From the NCBI GenBank assembly GCA_029953675.1, contig JAMWBK010000004.1:744001-808000 (forward strand): a stretch of 64,000 nt of DNA, in the 5' to 3' direction. Positions 9,882-21,235 of this stretch are shown in pieces. A program made the translations under genes and the position numbers. The notes beneath the pieces were generated by a model. The model was not told the origin of the DNA and did not search any database. It was given only the letters and a program-made list of their open reading frames with translations. The stretch comes from Rhodosorus marinus CCMP1338. Lineage: Eukaryota; Plantae; Rhodophyta. The number at the start of each line of letters is the position of its first letter. Within the stretch, counting starts at the first letter, position 1.

Positions 9882-11468
9882 ATGACGTTTCCCGAGGCGC
9901 TGCCTCCGGACGGAAGAGGCATAAACCCCCTACAATCGGACGAACCTATGCACGATGCTTCTACCCAAAATTGTACCGGGCGAGAACCTGATCCTGCTGC
10001 TACTCTCCCAACTGCACCTGCTACTGCGGCGCCGGACACCAGCACTCACTATCTGAAGATCTCAATGAGCTGTGGACCGCTGCAACTACACCTCGACGTT
10101 CCCCAAGCCAAAGCCACGAAGTACAACGCCCTGATGCTGAAATTCATGGAACTTGCTGCACAAGCCCATGCCAGTGGCAACGAGGCTCAGCTCCTTCACA
10201 CTCTGACTACAACGCCCCAACGACCTACCCAGACACCGCGCCCCCTACCTGTCTACGAACCGGCATCCTACGCCAGCACAGCAGCCCGCCCCAGATCTCC
10301 CGACGCGCGCGATCTCGATGCTGATGCATATCCCGATCTCGCAGCAGACAATGACCGCACACGCCCGACACCTCGACCTAGCAGCCGGCCAATGAGTTGG
10401 TCGACACGTGTCCGAGGTAACCAGACCCCGGCAGCCGCGAATCGATCATTTTTCGCGAGCATTCAAGGTCTGGAGTTCGAGAGCAAGGAAGATATTGACG
10501 CATTTGTGCTACTCAATGCACGACCTCGCGACGGAACCAAGAGCAAGGCCCACCACGCCTGGGATATCGAGCGCCTTGCCGGCCTGCAGAAGAACACGCT
10601 GCTGCAACTCGATTATTTCGATCACCACGTGCACATCATTGCACACCGGACTGCCCTACCACGGGTCCGCGACGCAGTGAACGCAGGCGCCTTCTACCCC
10701 ACTACCGGCAACCTCCACCCAGCCGAACGCATTCAGGCAGTCAAGCTCTCTGCGAGCTCCATGGACTACCTGAGTATGCGCGAGAAACTCCGCCATCGGC
10801 CCGAGGACTACCCGCGAGTGGCCCTGATCCACAACCTGCGGCGCCATCGCCGTATCCAGCGGATCGTTGAGCGCCGTAGGGGCCTCTCCCCCAACGCTCG
10901 GGAGGCCCTGCTCGGCCACGTTCGGGCAGAACTCGACCGAACTCTGGCCAGTATCCATGCCCACGCCCAGAAGACACCTGACACCGGCACCAGGGTACCT
11001 TTCGAGGACCCTGAACTACCCCAGCTCTCGACCACCACCAACCGACAGGTAGCACGGGCTCCGGCGCGTGTAAGCACTGCACACCAACCACCAGTGGTAG
11101 CCGGGGAGAGCGCGGAACCCCCCGCGTCTGCAGCCGCATCACAAGCAGACCACCAAGCCTCGACCCCTAATGGGGCCGTACAGGCAGACCGTGAGGCAGT
11201 CGCCGCTTCGGGTGATTCCAGCGCGACACCTCCACTACCACCGGAGGACGCCGCAGAGGACAACCCGCACGCGGAGCTCCTCTCTAACCTCCCGGAGCCG
11301 CCCCAACAGAAACGCACGCGAACGACTGCAGCTGGCACCAGCCCCGACTTGGAGATGACCCCAGCCAACCACGAGGCGGCTACAACCACTGCTGCCGGAC
11401 TCACTGGCTACTCTTCAAGCTCCAATGCCATGGACCTACAAGCCTGCCCCCCCGCCTCCCAACAGTGA
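9882..11468 (+). CDS. ORF1 of element C, Pro/Ala/Thr-rich gag-like protein, intact
   Basis: Open frame 9840-11468 with first ATG at 9882 and an SYASTAA motif. No zinc knuckle is recognisable. Confidence 0.7.
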   Translation: MTFPEALPPDGRGINPLQSDEPMHDASTQNCTGREPDPAATLPTAPATAAPDTSTHYLKISMSCGPLQLHLDVPQAKATKYNALMLKFMELAAQAHASGNEAQLLHTLTTTPQRPTQTPRPLPVYEPASYASTAARPRSPDARDLDADAYPDLAADNDRTRPTPRPSSRPMSWSTRVRGNQTPAAANRSFFASIQGLEFESKEDIDAFVLLNARPRDGTKSKAHHAWDIERLAGLQKNTLLQLDYFDHHVHIIAHRTALPRVRDAVNAGAFYPTTGNLHPAERIQAVKLSASSMDYLSMREKLRHRPEDYPRVALIHNLRRHRRIQRIVERRRGLSPNAREALLGHVRAELDRTLASIHAHAQKTPDTGTRVPFEDPELPQLSTTTNRQVARAPARVSTAHQPPVVAGESAEPPASAAASQADHQASTPNGAVQADREAVAASGDSSATPPLPPEDAAEDNPHAELLSNLPEPPQQKRTRTTAAGTSPDLEMTPANHEAATTTAAGLTGYSSSSNAMDLQACPPASQQ

Positions 11469-14400
11469 TGCCCCGCAGAAGAAGGAGTACTCAACGCCGC
11501 CCGAATGAACCCCTCTTCCACGCCAACCGACCGGCATGGATCCAACGTTGGACTGACTTTGTCAATGAGCTCACGGACAGTGGACGCCTGTGGACACGTC
11601 TAGCCCACTGCCCGGTCCGAACCCGCCGATTCATCCCCTCTGCCGCCGTCAACAAATGGAGCAGCCTCTTCAGTGCCGCCCTCCAGCTTGCTCGAGACGA
11701 CACAGCCCCCGAGGACGCGAGCCTTCTCATCATCGGACTTCCTGGTCTGATCCTGGGCTATACGCACTTTCCTATTGGCAAGCAGATCGATCACATCCTG
11801 GCTGGCGATTTTCATACCGTGTGGAACGCTCTAGAGGACTCTGCAGCGCAACCGAGGCCGGCTACACCACACAGAGGTCCTGACACTACCACACAATAAA
11901 CCCGCTGGCGGCGCAAACAAGCACTCAAGCTCGCCCAACAAGGTCGCCTCTCTGACGCTGCATACCGCCTCACAGCCTCTGCAATGGCCAAACAGAACGT
12001 TGCCACCTGGAACCAGCTCGAAGACCTCTTCCCGGACCCGACAGACACCCCCCTCTCTGAGGATCTACAGCAAACCCTGCAGACACTACTTGCACAGGAC
12101 AACGCCCAACTACGGGTTAGGTGGCTGGCCGGACAAGCCTCGGATGAGAGTCTACTCGCCAAACTGACCCTGCTGCCGAAAGACAAATGTCCAGGGCCCA
12201 GCGGGCTCCGCGCAGAGCACTTACAGATGCTAACGCGTGAGGCACACCCGCACCTGGTACGGTTCCTGAGACAGTTGGCCACGACTCCGGAGCGGCTCCC
12301 GGCAGTCCTGACCAGGGCTCTCCGCAGCAGCAGGCTCCTGCCGTTTGTCAAGTCCCCTACTACTGGGCCCCCACCTGCGCACCCTGCTGTCAGACCTATT
12401 GGCGTTCCTGAAGTCCTACGAAAGCTAGCGACACAGTGGGTACTAGGTCACCTGACCACCCGACTTCGGGAGCTCCTCGTCCCCCTGCAACTAGGCCTTG
12501 CCGTCAGTGGAGGTTGCGAACGGTCCCTGCACGCAATACAGGCCCATATCTACTGTGAACCACAATCGGCAGTTCTACGACTCGACCTGGCGAATGCGTT
12601 CAACCGAATTGATCGGAGTATTGCCAAACAACTAGTCGACCGCCATTACCCAGAGCTGGCAGCCATCTACCGCCTGGGATATGGAAGCAACTGCGAGGAC
12701 TCACCTACGCTCCTTGGCTGGCGCCCCAAAGCTACAGACGGAATACTGCATCCAGATCGACTACACCTACAAGCGCAGACGGGAGTACAACAAGGAGATC
12801 CTTTGGGACCTGCCTTACACGCCCTCTCACTGGCGCCTTTTCTCGAAGCACTGCGGCAGAAATACCCTGAGCTGACTACTGTCGCCATCCATGACGATAT
12901 CACGCTCGTGGGCCCCCTGGAGTCCCTGAAAGATGCCCTACTGTGGAGTCAAAATGCCCTCCCTACTATTGGGGCGGAACTACAGCCTCAAAAGTGCACC
13001 CTATTCGGCTACCACATAGCATCCCCTCGACTGGTTACCAGATACATGCCGGACCTCAATGTTTCTCGCGAAGGAGTAACCATACACTCCATTCCCATTG
13101 GCACGAGAAAATATGTGGAAGAAGCTTTGAGAACACTACAAAACAAGCATGAAACACTGGGCAAAGAGATAGCCCATCTGCCTCCTGAAGAGCTCAACAC
13201 ACAACTGGCGCTGTTCCGATACTGCTCGGAAACGAGACTTGACTACACCCTAAGGACAGTGGCTTACCACTACGGCAGAAGTTTAGCACGAGAAGCGGAC
13301 TACAACACACGACTACAGTTGGAAAGGCTACTAGGCTGTCTACAAACAGCCCATGCGGACGACCCTGACGGAACGCACCCGGCTTGGAAGCAGGTAGCAC
13401 TCCCCTGCCGATGGGGGGAACTGGGATTCTGCACTAGAAGGCGCATCTAACCTATTTCTTTCTACACAGGTTGGATGCAAACCTTTGCAGCTAACAAGGG
13501 CTATTGGCCCCACCTACAAAAATTGTTAGAACGCACGTAGGAGGAAGCTACACCACAGCTGCTCAACCCCCCGAGGACACTACACCGCTCTACTGACGAC
13601 CTCCCCTCCCAAATCCTAGTGGCAACTACAGCCATAAGGGGGAGACTGAGACCGGAAACCAGCCCCCGAATAAGGCAGCTCCTCAACCCCGCGTACCTGA
13701 CTGCTGCCCCTGCAGCAAATTCCCCCCCTGACCAGTCTGCGGTGAAGCAAGGTTCCTTACAACAGACCCTCTCAAGAGAGGCACACCTTTCTGCTTTCAC
13801 CCGAGTGGTCACGGATCCCTTACTCGACCCGGAACATCGTAACCATTCATTCAATCCGTTCCGCTGCAGGAGCAGGTTCAGGTGTCTGGCTAAGAGATTT
13901 GCCACAATTCGGACCCCGAAAATTGAGTGGGAGAGGCATGCACCTGAATATCCGACAATTGCTGGGACTCCCGATTCCGGGACTGCGGACGACGGAGAGG
14001 TGTACTACGTGTAATAGTACACACCGTACGAACGGTGTACAAAGATTCCATCATTGTCAGACCTCGACTGGGCTCTGGCAACGGCGACATGATGAGCTCT
14101 GCACTGAGCTGGCGCGCTGGCTTAACAGATGGCAGTTCAGAGATGTTCAGCAAGAACCTACAGACTACTTCACGAACTCGAATCTACGACCTGACTTGGT
14201 AGCTATACACCCTCGAACCTGGCAACGATTTGCGATCGATGTGACGGTGGTGTCACCCCTACAGGCGAGACACCTAGCCAACAGCAAAGACAACAATGAT
14301 TATGCAGCAAAACAGGCGGAGCGTTGGAAACTTGCACACTACAAGGAGGCGATGGCGACAGAGCATCCAGATGACAAACTGATTCCGATTGCGATAGAAA

Positions 14401-14603
14401 CCTTCGGCAGAACAGGGCAGATGACCCAAGACTTTCTCCGTGAGGGCTGTGGGCACATGCTAACTAAGCAGTACGAGTTGAGCAACGTGCGGGCTCAACT
14501 AAACAGAACACTCTGGGCAGGGAACGCAGAGCTCGCGTTAGGGGCTTTGCGCGTGGATCAGTCGGACCAGCCACTGATCCCTTATTTTTCTTTTTTATCG
14601 TAG
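11468..14603 (+). pseudogene. ORF2 of element C (reverse transcriptase plus REL endonuclease), disrupted
   Basis: RT motifs: LPKDKCPGPSGLR, RPIGVPEVLRKL, LDLANAFN, GVQQGDPLGP, AIHDD. C-terminal motifs: CTTC...HHC...RRHD, RPDLV, IDVTVVSP, LIPIAIETFG. In-frame stops at 11897, 13448 and about 13538, plus one frameshift near 13840 that restores IRSAAGAGSGVWLRDLP. Confidence 0.9.
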
Positions 14604-14775
14604 CTAGAGACCCCGGGAGACGGGGTTAAACACACACATTTTCCCTAGATCTTGATAGAATTAGTGTTGCGCTGCATTAGGCAGTTGCCGAGTAAAGTTT
14701 ACAGTTACAGTCCACGAATTGCGGAGCGCTTCGGGCTATGTCAGTAGAAACCAGTGTTAGCAGATGTGCTATAAA

Positions 14776-14895
14776 TAGGGTTGTGCCGCAAGTGGCTTGG
14801 TTTTTCGCTCCTTACGACTCAGAAGTTAAACCGCGGAAACAGGGGGGTTTATCGGAGTAAACAGCGAAAAACCCGTCCTACTTGGCACAACCCTA
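14776..14895. repeat. 120-bp imperfect inverted repeat with TA at both ends (MITE-like or structured RNA)
   Basis: TAGGGTTGTGCC...GGCACAACCCTA; inner arms ggtttttcgct / agcgaaaaacc. Confidence 0.7.
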
Positions 14896-15839
14896 CCATA
14901 AATGTTCCCAGATTACGACTGATCTGCACATATCGAATGCTCTCCTGAAGCTCCAAGTCAATGCCTTCCAGGTTCGGACGGGTGTGGTAAAAGTCCAAAT
15001 CTGGGACTCGCACAGGTCAATCGAAAAGGTCAGTTTACCAATCAAGATCTTTATATTGACTGGACTTAGATGGGCGGTTTCTATCTAGGCGGACTTAGTG
15101 AGGAACAGGCTTCTAACACAGAGGCACTGCAGTCGCCACTAGAGATTCGTACTTTGTCGGCTTCCAGAGTATTAGGGATCAAGCCTGGGTAGGATTAGGG
15201 TTTTTGGACGCTTGCACCTGCATGAACGTTTTCCCTTCAAGTCCAAGGATCTCAGAAACTGGTATTGCATATATAGTGATCCTAGAAGCCATTAAGTACG
15301 GTTGGTTCGGAATAAACATGATACCTCAGTTGGTCCCCCCGTTCGCGGAACGACTAGTAATTACCGCAAAAAAATTTCAGGAATTGGGTTGTCCTTTTTG
15401 CTGAATTGTCTGCTTATTCGTAGCGGTTTAACCCCCTATCTACATTGTCCAGAGGACCCATATTCATCTCTGACTCATGTACGGAACAAAAACTCAGGTC
15501 CAATCCTGCCCTAACTAGTCCTTCATGGTACTAAAAACAGAGTAGTGGAATAATCCGGTACGATCGCAATGCTTCCATAAAGCATGCTAATTATAGGTCC
15601 ACCAACAGTCCCTGAGTGACCGGACTTTGGTAAGTAAACCTTACACCTTTTTTCATTTCCGGGTACTACCAGTAAACCACTAGTAATAAATTCCAATTGC
15701 CTACCGTTGGGACAACCCAATATATGCGTAATCAGTCAAACGCGAACGGTTAAAATCGTTCGCGTTTGTCCGAATAAACCTGAAGTTAAAATCACTGTAA
15801 CCTCTGGTTCCTAGCACGAGCCGATCAGCGGCGGGGCAG

Positions 15840-16395
15840 CTAGCCGCTCTTGGAGCGGCCAACTTCTCATTAGAAACCACCAAGTTTTGCCGTACAACAT
15901 CCTAAAGGCTCGGCTGTGGAATGGCCTTAGGGGCCACCCCCCCCCCCTATTCTTGTTTCGTTTGTATATTATTTCGCAACGCTTCATGTGCGGGGTCGCC
16001 CTCCCACGCCAACACGTCTCGAAAAAAGTCGTGCTCGTAAGCACGACTTTTTTCACAAACAACACAAAGTGTTTAAGGACGATGGTGAGCATTTCAGGCT
16101 CTCGTCGGACTTTTCCAGAATAAGCCATCCGAAAGAATCATTTTTGTCAAGCTGCTTGGTTAATAAACCCTGAAGAAACGTGAAGACGGTACTTGCCGTA
16201 GGCCGTAGTCTGGTATCATTGGTAATTTAGTATTGGAGCTTCATAGATTCTGTTGCCGCTCCCGTTGGCTTCGCGAAATGTTCTGCAATCGCGCCCTAAC
16301 CGATTTTCCCCCTTGTCAACCTCGTTTGAGTTTCCATTCTTGGCCTGTGAACGCCGCTTTGATGTTTCAAGCGTACTCTTCCCCATCAGTGGTGG
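15840..16395 (+). mobile_element. About 550-bp SINE-like unit: unrelated head plus diverged family A tail; second copy about 23520-24055
   Basis: Both copies share gccgctc...gagcggcc, ttagaaacca, tatttcgcaa, aaccctgaaga and ggattctgtt...ctcccgttggcttc...gtggtttat. Confidence 0.6.
16021..16054. repeat. Perfect 15-bp stem, 4-nt loop hairpin
   Basis: gaaaaaagtcgtgct-cgta-agcacgacttttttc. Confidence 0.9.
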
Positions 16396-16910
16396 TTTAT
16401 TAAAATAGCGTTAAGCGCTACGCACAGAGGAAAGTGAACTAGGTGCCATAGAGCCAAAAGCGGGCAAGCACAGCCAACCGTGGCGCCTCGGCGCGCATGC
16501 TGATAGTCTATCGCCAAACAGCCACGATTAATCGGCTTAGGAGTACCAGATACTCAGCAGAGTGGTCGGCAAAATTTTTCCGCAGTCACTCCAAGCTGGA
16601 CTTTCCAAGGTGAACAAAGCTTCCCACAACCTGAAGGGATGGAATCTCTGAGAAATACCCGCTGAACTGGGGCACTGATCATGTCTCGGCATACCCTCAG
16701 TCGGGAAGAACCGAAGCTGTTGCACCATGCCGTCGGGCGTCAGAGGGGAGATAGGTACTTGACGCCGGGAAAGTGACAGCGAGTTCAACATATGCTGAGC
16801 GTCTCGCGGCTGCGTCCGATACCAGGAGATCTGCAATGTGACGAGGGTCCAGATGCAGAGGCTGGTCCGCGCAGTTCCGATTCGACCTCGACCGTGTGCC
16901 AACCCTTCTC
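16395..16910 (-). mobile_element. Family B-related 3' fragment, diverged
   Basis: Minus frame includes HIADLLVSDAAARRSAYVELAV and QRFHPFRLWEAL. Confidence 0.75.
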
Positions 16911-18517
16911 AAACGTTCGATCAGGATGTACTTCAGATTGGTGTGACGCGGCACCATATTACTGTGAGTCTCCACCCACCCACGAGGGAGCGGAGGGTTC
17001 AGACATCTGCATCACAGAAGAGACCACGAGCGACCAACACTTCGTAGTATGCCCGTCTTTAGAAACATTTGAAGACTACGTTTAGAAATATTGAGGACTC
17101 TGTTTAGAAACATCGAAGACTACTTTTTTTGTATTTTCTCTCCCAGCTTAAGGCCTGGTAGGGTGCGGGCAAGCCGCCATCAAACCGGAAATGCCACTAT
17201 TGGATGCTTCAAAGAAGGGCCTTGGCCTACGACACCTAACCAGGTTTAGAAGAATGAGATCTCTCGACTATGGGTTTGCGAATGTTTAGGCGCATTGAGA
17301 ATTTTGCACAATAGGAAGTTGTTTGCCAAATAAAGCCTACGGGATCGTGAACTTCTCCAGTAAGCGAAAACGAAAACCAGGGAGGCAGGGAGCGGCGTCT
17401 TCGAGCTTCCGCTTTCACGCAACCGCCTGATACCCCCAGCTTCTAGTTCATCATGATCAATTTAATCGGAGACCAAGGTCCCCAAATGAGGTCCTCTAGG
17501 AAGAGCATAGAGAGCGTGCCAAAACCAGGGCAGCTGTCCAGCGAATCTAGTTACTAAACGTTCGGACGGATCCGGTATTGCAAAGCAGAGCTTTTCCATT
17601 TTGCGTGAAACAGAGTATAAATCCCTACGTTTTATGCTGGATATCGCACTATCTACCCTCCCTCCACCCGTTTTAATATACAATGACCTCCACCTGACGT
17701 TGGGAGTATGGGAGAACGGCAGAACGGCGGCAGAACGGCCTGGCGTTCCAAAGACGTCGTCAAACACAGAGCTCTCTGAATTGGAACTCTACAAATTCTT
17801 CAATAATATTCCTAAAAATCATTTTATGCATTTCCCATTAAAATTTATTAACAAAATGCAATACCAAGTTTTAAAATATTGCAAGTTGTGGCAAAATGAA
17901 ACTATTTAAAGAAATATTTGGAATGTATCTGTTATTATTCTGGAAATTAATATGCGGAACTATGAATTCATATGCTTTAGAAGGTCTCTAGTTTTCTCAA
18001 CTAGCTGAAATAAACCCGGCGAGAAAAGTTCAAGATTTCCCATTTAGAAATTCCGGTCTTTTTGTATGCCTTTGGTGAGCTGCTGAGCAAATCGGACGGG
18101 TAGAGTTCTAAAGGACTGTGTTTGATTGGAAGCTGCAAGGCACCACCCCCGTAGGAAGGCGAAGATCGCAAAGAGGAGATGATGTTAAGATTTACCGCAG
18201 GCTAAGAGCGGACATGCACTCAAGTGGATGGAGGGCAGCTTTACAATGAGTGCAAAAAAAGCCGTATTAAAAAGCGTCACAGCTGCCACATTTGTTGTTC
18301 GTTCGACGTTAGAAGGGTGCTGGTGCTGATTTACTATCATTACATTGGAAAGCATATCCGACGTTCAGCAGCAAGGTCATTTGCATATATATGTATATAG
18401 ATCGAGTCTGAGCTTGCCCCCTCTCACCTGGAGTGCTTAACGAGTTTCACACAAGAGCTGCAAAGTTAAACTGGAGGACGGAATTTGTAAGCAGGTGCTT
18501 GGGTATCGTCACTGTTT

Positions 18518-19918
18518 GTGGGGAGAATGGGTGGGGAGTCTATGGATCCGGAGCACATGGAGCCGCATATCGACGAGGACTATGATGCGGAGGAAACTGC
18601 AGTTAAGGATGCTAATGCAGAAGCCGCCGAAGGAGCGAATACGTTTCTTCACAAGCAAGAGCCAAAATTGAGGCGATCTTCTCCTTTCAAGACATATGTT
18701 CTAATTACCGTGGTGTCGCTCAGCTACAGCATGGTTCCCGGATTTTTCGCCGGCATGGGATGGGGGCTGGCTACCGCAATTCTGGTTTGGGGTTGGACTC
18801 ACAGCTTAATCACCGGTCTGATGCTGGACGAAATTTCTGAACACAAACCACAGATTCTGAGCTACCCGGACATGGGCGCATATGTCGGCGCGAAGCTATT
18901 CAATGGTAACAAGCACGGGCGACGAGCTGGTTTCTGGATAATATGGACTTCCCAAGCCATGGGAGCCTTTCTCATGTCCGTGGCGAGTCTGGCTTTCTGT
19001 GCCCAGTTTTTCCAGGCGATCTTCCCTCAGCTGTGCTATAACTGGTGGATTGTCATCTCCTACGGATTGGTCGTTTTATTTTGCCAGATACCCACATTCC
19101 ATGACAGTTTTGCAATTAACATAGTCAGTTGGACTGCTCTGGCGGTGCTGTTCATTCTGATAGTCGTAAACATATGCGTCACTGGAAGACTCGAGGAGGT
19201 CCGCTACAACATCGGGAACGTTACAACGGTTTTCAACGGAATCGCGGGAATCAGCTTCGCTTACGGAGGTCATGCCGTATTCCCAGAGGCCCGAAGGGAG
19301 ATGAAAGAGCCAAAAAAATTCCAGCAGTCGATTTACGGGCTGTACGCCACATTCGCAGTTGCTAATGTTGTGGTCGGGTTCCTGGGTTACGGGATGTTCG
19401 GAACCGAGGCAGACGTCAATATTTTCAACAATTTTACCTGGAACGTATCGGTCACCATCGGGAACGTTCTCATGTTGGTCGCCTTCTTCGGATCTCTTGT
19501 GATTGGAAACGTTCTTTCGATGATGGCTATCCAGACAGTGCTGAAGATCCCACTTATCGGCTGGAGAAAGCCAAAATCATACGGTATGCCAACCGGTGTT
19601 ACTCGGACACTCCTCAGGGTGGGGATGATAACGCTGCAACTGCTTCTAGCGCTTCTCATTCCGTTCATCGGCGACTTGGTGGGTCTGACAGGAGCTTTCG
19701 CGAGCACGATTCTGACGTTTATGTTCCCATGCCTCGCATACTGGGTTGTTTTCAACAAGGGAATGAGCATCTACATGAAGATGGTTTGCGCATTCTTGAT
19801 CGTCTTGTCAGTCCTGATTGGTGTTGCTGGCTCCTATGGAGCCCTGCTAGGGCTTATTTCCAATGCGACAGCATTTCCACCGCTCCACCTGCCCTGCAAC
19901 CACTTGGACCTGCCCTAA
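18518..19918 (+). CDS. AAAP/Aa_trans family transporter, 466 aa, paralog of 598-1998
   Basis: Same length and colinear with the first copy; motif FAYGGHAVFPEARREMKEPKKF. Confidence 0.92.
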   Translation: MGRMGGESMDPEHMEPHIDEDYDAEETAVKDANAEAAEGANTFLHKQEPKLRRSSPFKTYVLITVVSLSYSMVPGFFAGMGWGLATAILVWGWTHSLITGLMLDEISEHKPQILSYPDMGAYVGAKLFNGNKHGRRAGFWIIWTSQAMGAFLMSVASLAFCAQFFQAIFPQLCYNWWIVISYGLVVLFCQIPTFHDSFAINIVSWTALAVLFILIVVNICVTGRLEEVRYNIGNVTTVFNGIAGISFAYGGHAVFPEARREMKEPKKFQQSIYGLYATFAVANVVVGFLGYGMFGTEADVNIFNNFTWNVSVTIGNVLMLVAFFGSLVIGNVLSMMAIQTVLKIPLIGWRKPKSYGMPTGVTRTLLRVGMITLQLLLALLIPFIGDLVGLTGAFASTILTFMFPCLAYWVVFNKGMSIYMKMVCAFLIVLSVLIGVAGSYGALLGLISNATAFPPLHLPCNHLDLP

Positions 19919-20239
19919 GGCAAGTGCAGCGCTTGTACAAATCTGAGGAAACTATGATTAAGTTATTTTCAGACCAGACCGAGTCTCAAGTAAAATACTT
20001 TTAACTATGTTGGAATTTTCAAGGCGACATCCTGGGATAGCAGGATGTCGCCCACCGCAGACACGACATGTTGTCCGTGTATGCAACTAAGGGCATATAC
20101 TCACGTCCCTGCCAGTCTCGACGATGAACTCCTCTACCCACCTAGGGGTCGTCATCATGGCCCCCAGCGCCTGGTACTCCGCTTCCGCCGTCGATTGGGC
20201 CAACGACCGTTGCTTCCATGATCGGTAAGCTCCATCGAC

Positions 20240-21028
20240 TGTCACCAACCTGAAGTACTCCTACTGTCTTCTTGACTGGCCCATCTCGCATCAGAGTATC
20301 CGGTCACTTGATATCTGATTTGTCTCTCACCATCGTCCGAGGAGTTACCAATAGCTGGATCCGTTTTTGATTTACCACCCAATTTCATTACTTTTCCCCG
20401 CGTTCCTGCTAAATGTCCCAGGATCCGGCGCGCCTTTTCGAAATCTCCGAGTGGATAATCTGCCATTTTTCACGCGATCAAGCCGACTGCATAACTTATA
20501 TCAGGTCGCGTTCTAGTGCTTAAGTACAGGAGAGATCCAGTTAGCTCCTGAAACGGTGATGACGTCATTTCCATCGAAGTCCCTTTCGTAGAGGGTGCAA
20601 TGGAGATTGGTTTCGATAAGGGGCGGCATCCCTTCAAACCGTACGCGAGGGTAAGTTTGCGAATATAATCTGCCTGTGAGAGGTAGATTTCTCTTTTCCT
20701 CCGGTCTCGCTCTATTCTCACACCGAGGAAATCTCGTGCCGCTCTTAGATGTTTGTTGTCGTACAGGTTTGACAACATCTTCTTCGTTATCTCAACGTCC
20801 GTCCGGCTCCCAACGATAAGCATATCATCTACGTAGACCGCGACGATGCACTTCTCCTTCCGGTACACGCAGCTTTCTGTTCGCAGCTGCTGAAAACCTT
20901 GCGCAAGGAGATCGTTGCTTAGTTTCCGGTGCCGGGCTGACTTTGAGATAACGAAGAAGATGTTGTCAAACCTGTACGACACCAAATATCTAGGAGCGAG
21001 ATTTCCTCGGTGTGAGAATAGAGCGAGA
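20240..21028 (-). mobile_element. Ty1/copia reverse transcriptase and RNase H start fragment with a terminal fold-back
   Basis: Motifs AVYVDDMLIVG, FLGVRIER, YLSQADYI, GSLLYLSTRTRPDISYAV and GYSDARWA. Segment 20943-21028 is the reverse complement of 20705-20795. Confidence 0.88.
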
Positions 21029-21235
21029 CTATCTACGTCCATTCCCCTTAGTCTACACAAATTCATTCAATATCTTGAGCTTTTAGCGTTTAAGTGAGCC
21101 TGGAGTTGAAAAACGGAGAGTTCAAAGGCCCTCTCTGGAATATACGGTCACGGCTCTGTGGGCTCAAACCCTCGCGTATTTCACAAATTTGTGAGCTTGT
21201 CTAACTACGTCAAATCTGCCGTCAACTCTAATAGT

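Larger units (their letters stand above)
9790..14752 (+). mobile_element. Near-full-length, decayed two-ORF non-LTR retrotransposon (element C) of the early-branching REL type, CRE/SLACS-like
   Basis: ORF1 plus ORF2 with RT, Cys/His motif and restriction-like endonuclease. The 3' boundary is placed at the terminal motif ttgcggagcgcttcgggctatgtcagtagaaacc; the 5' boundary is approximate. Confidence 0.88.

Noticed and set aside
11897-13540. Idea that in-frame TAA/TAG in ORF2 reflect readthrough or a variant genetic code
   Set aside because: A frameshift is also present, and TAA/TGA terminate intact genes elsewhere in the window. Simple decay is more likely.
17058-17125. About 22-bp x3 degenerate tandem repeat (tttagaaacat...gaagactac)
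   Set aside because: Ordinary minisatellite with no spacers or associated feature.
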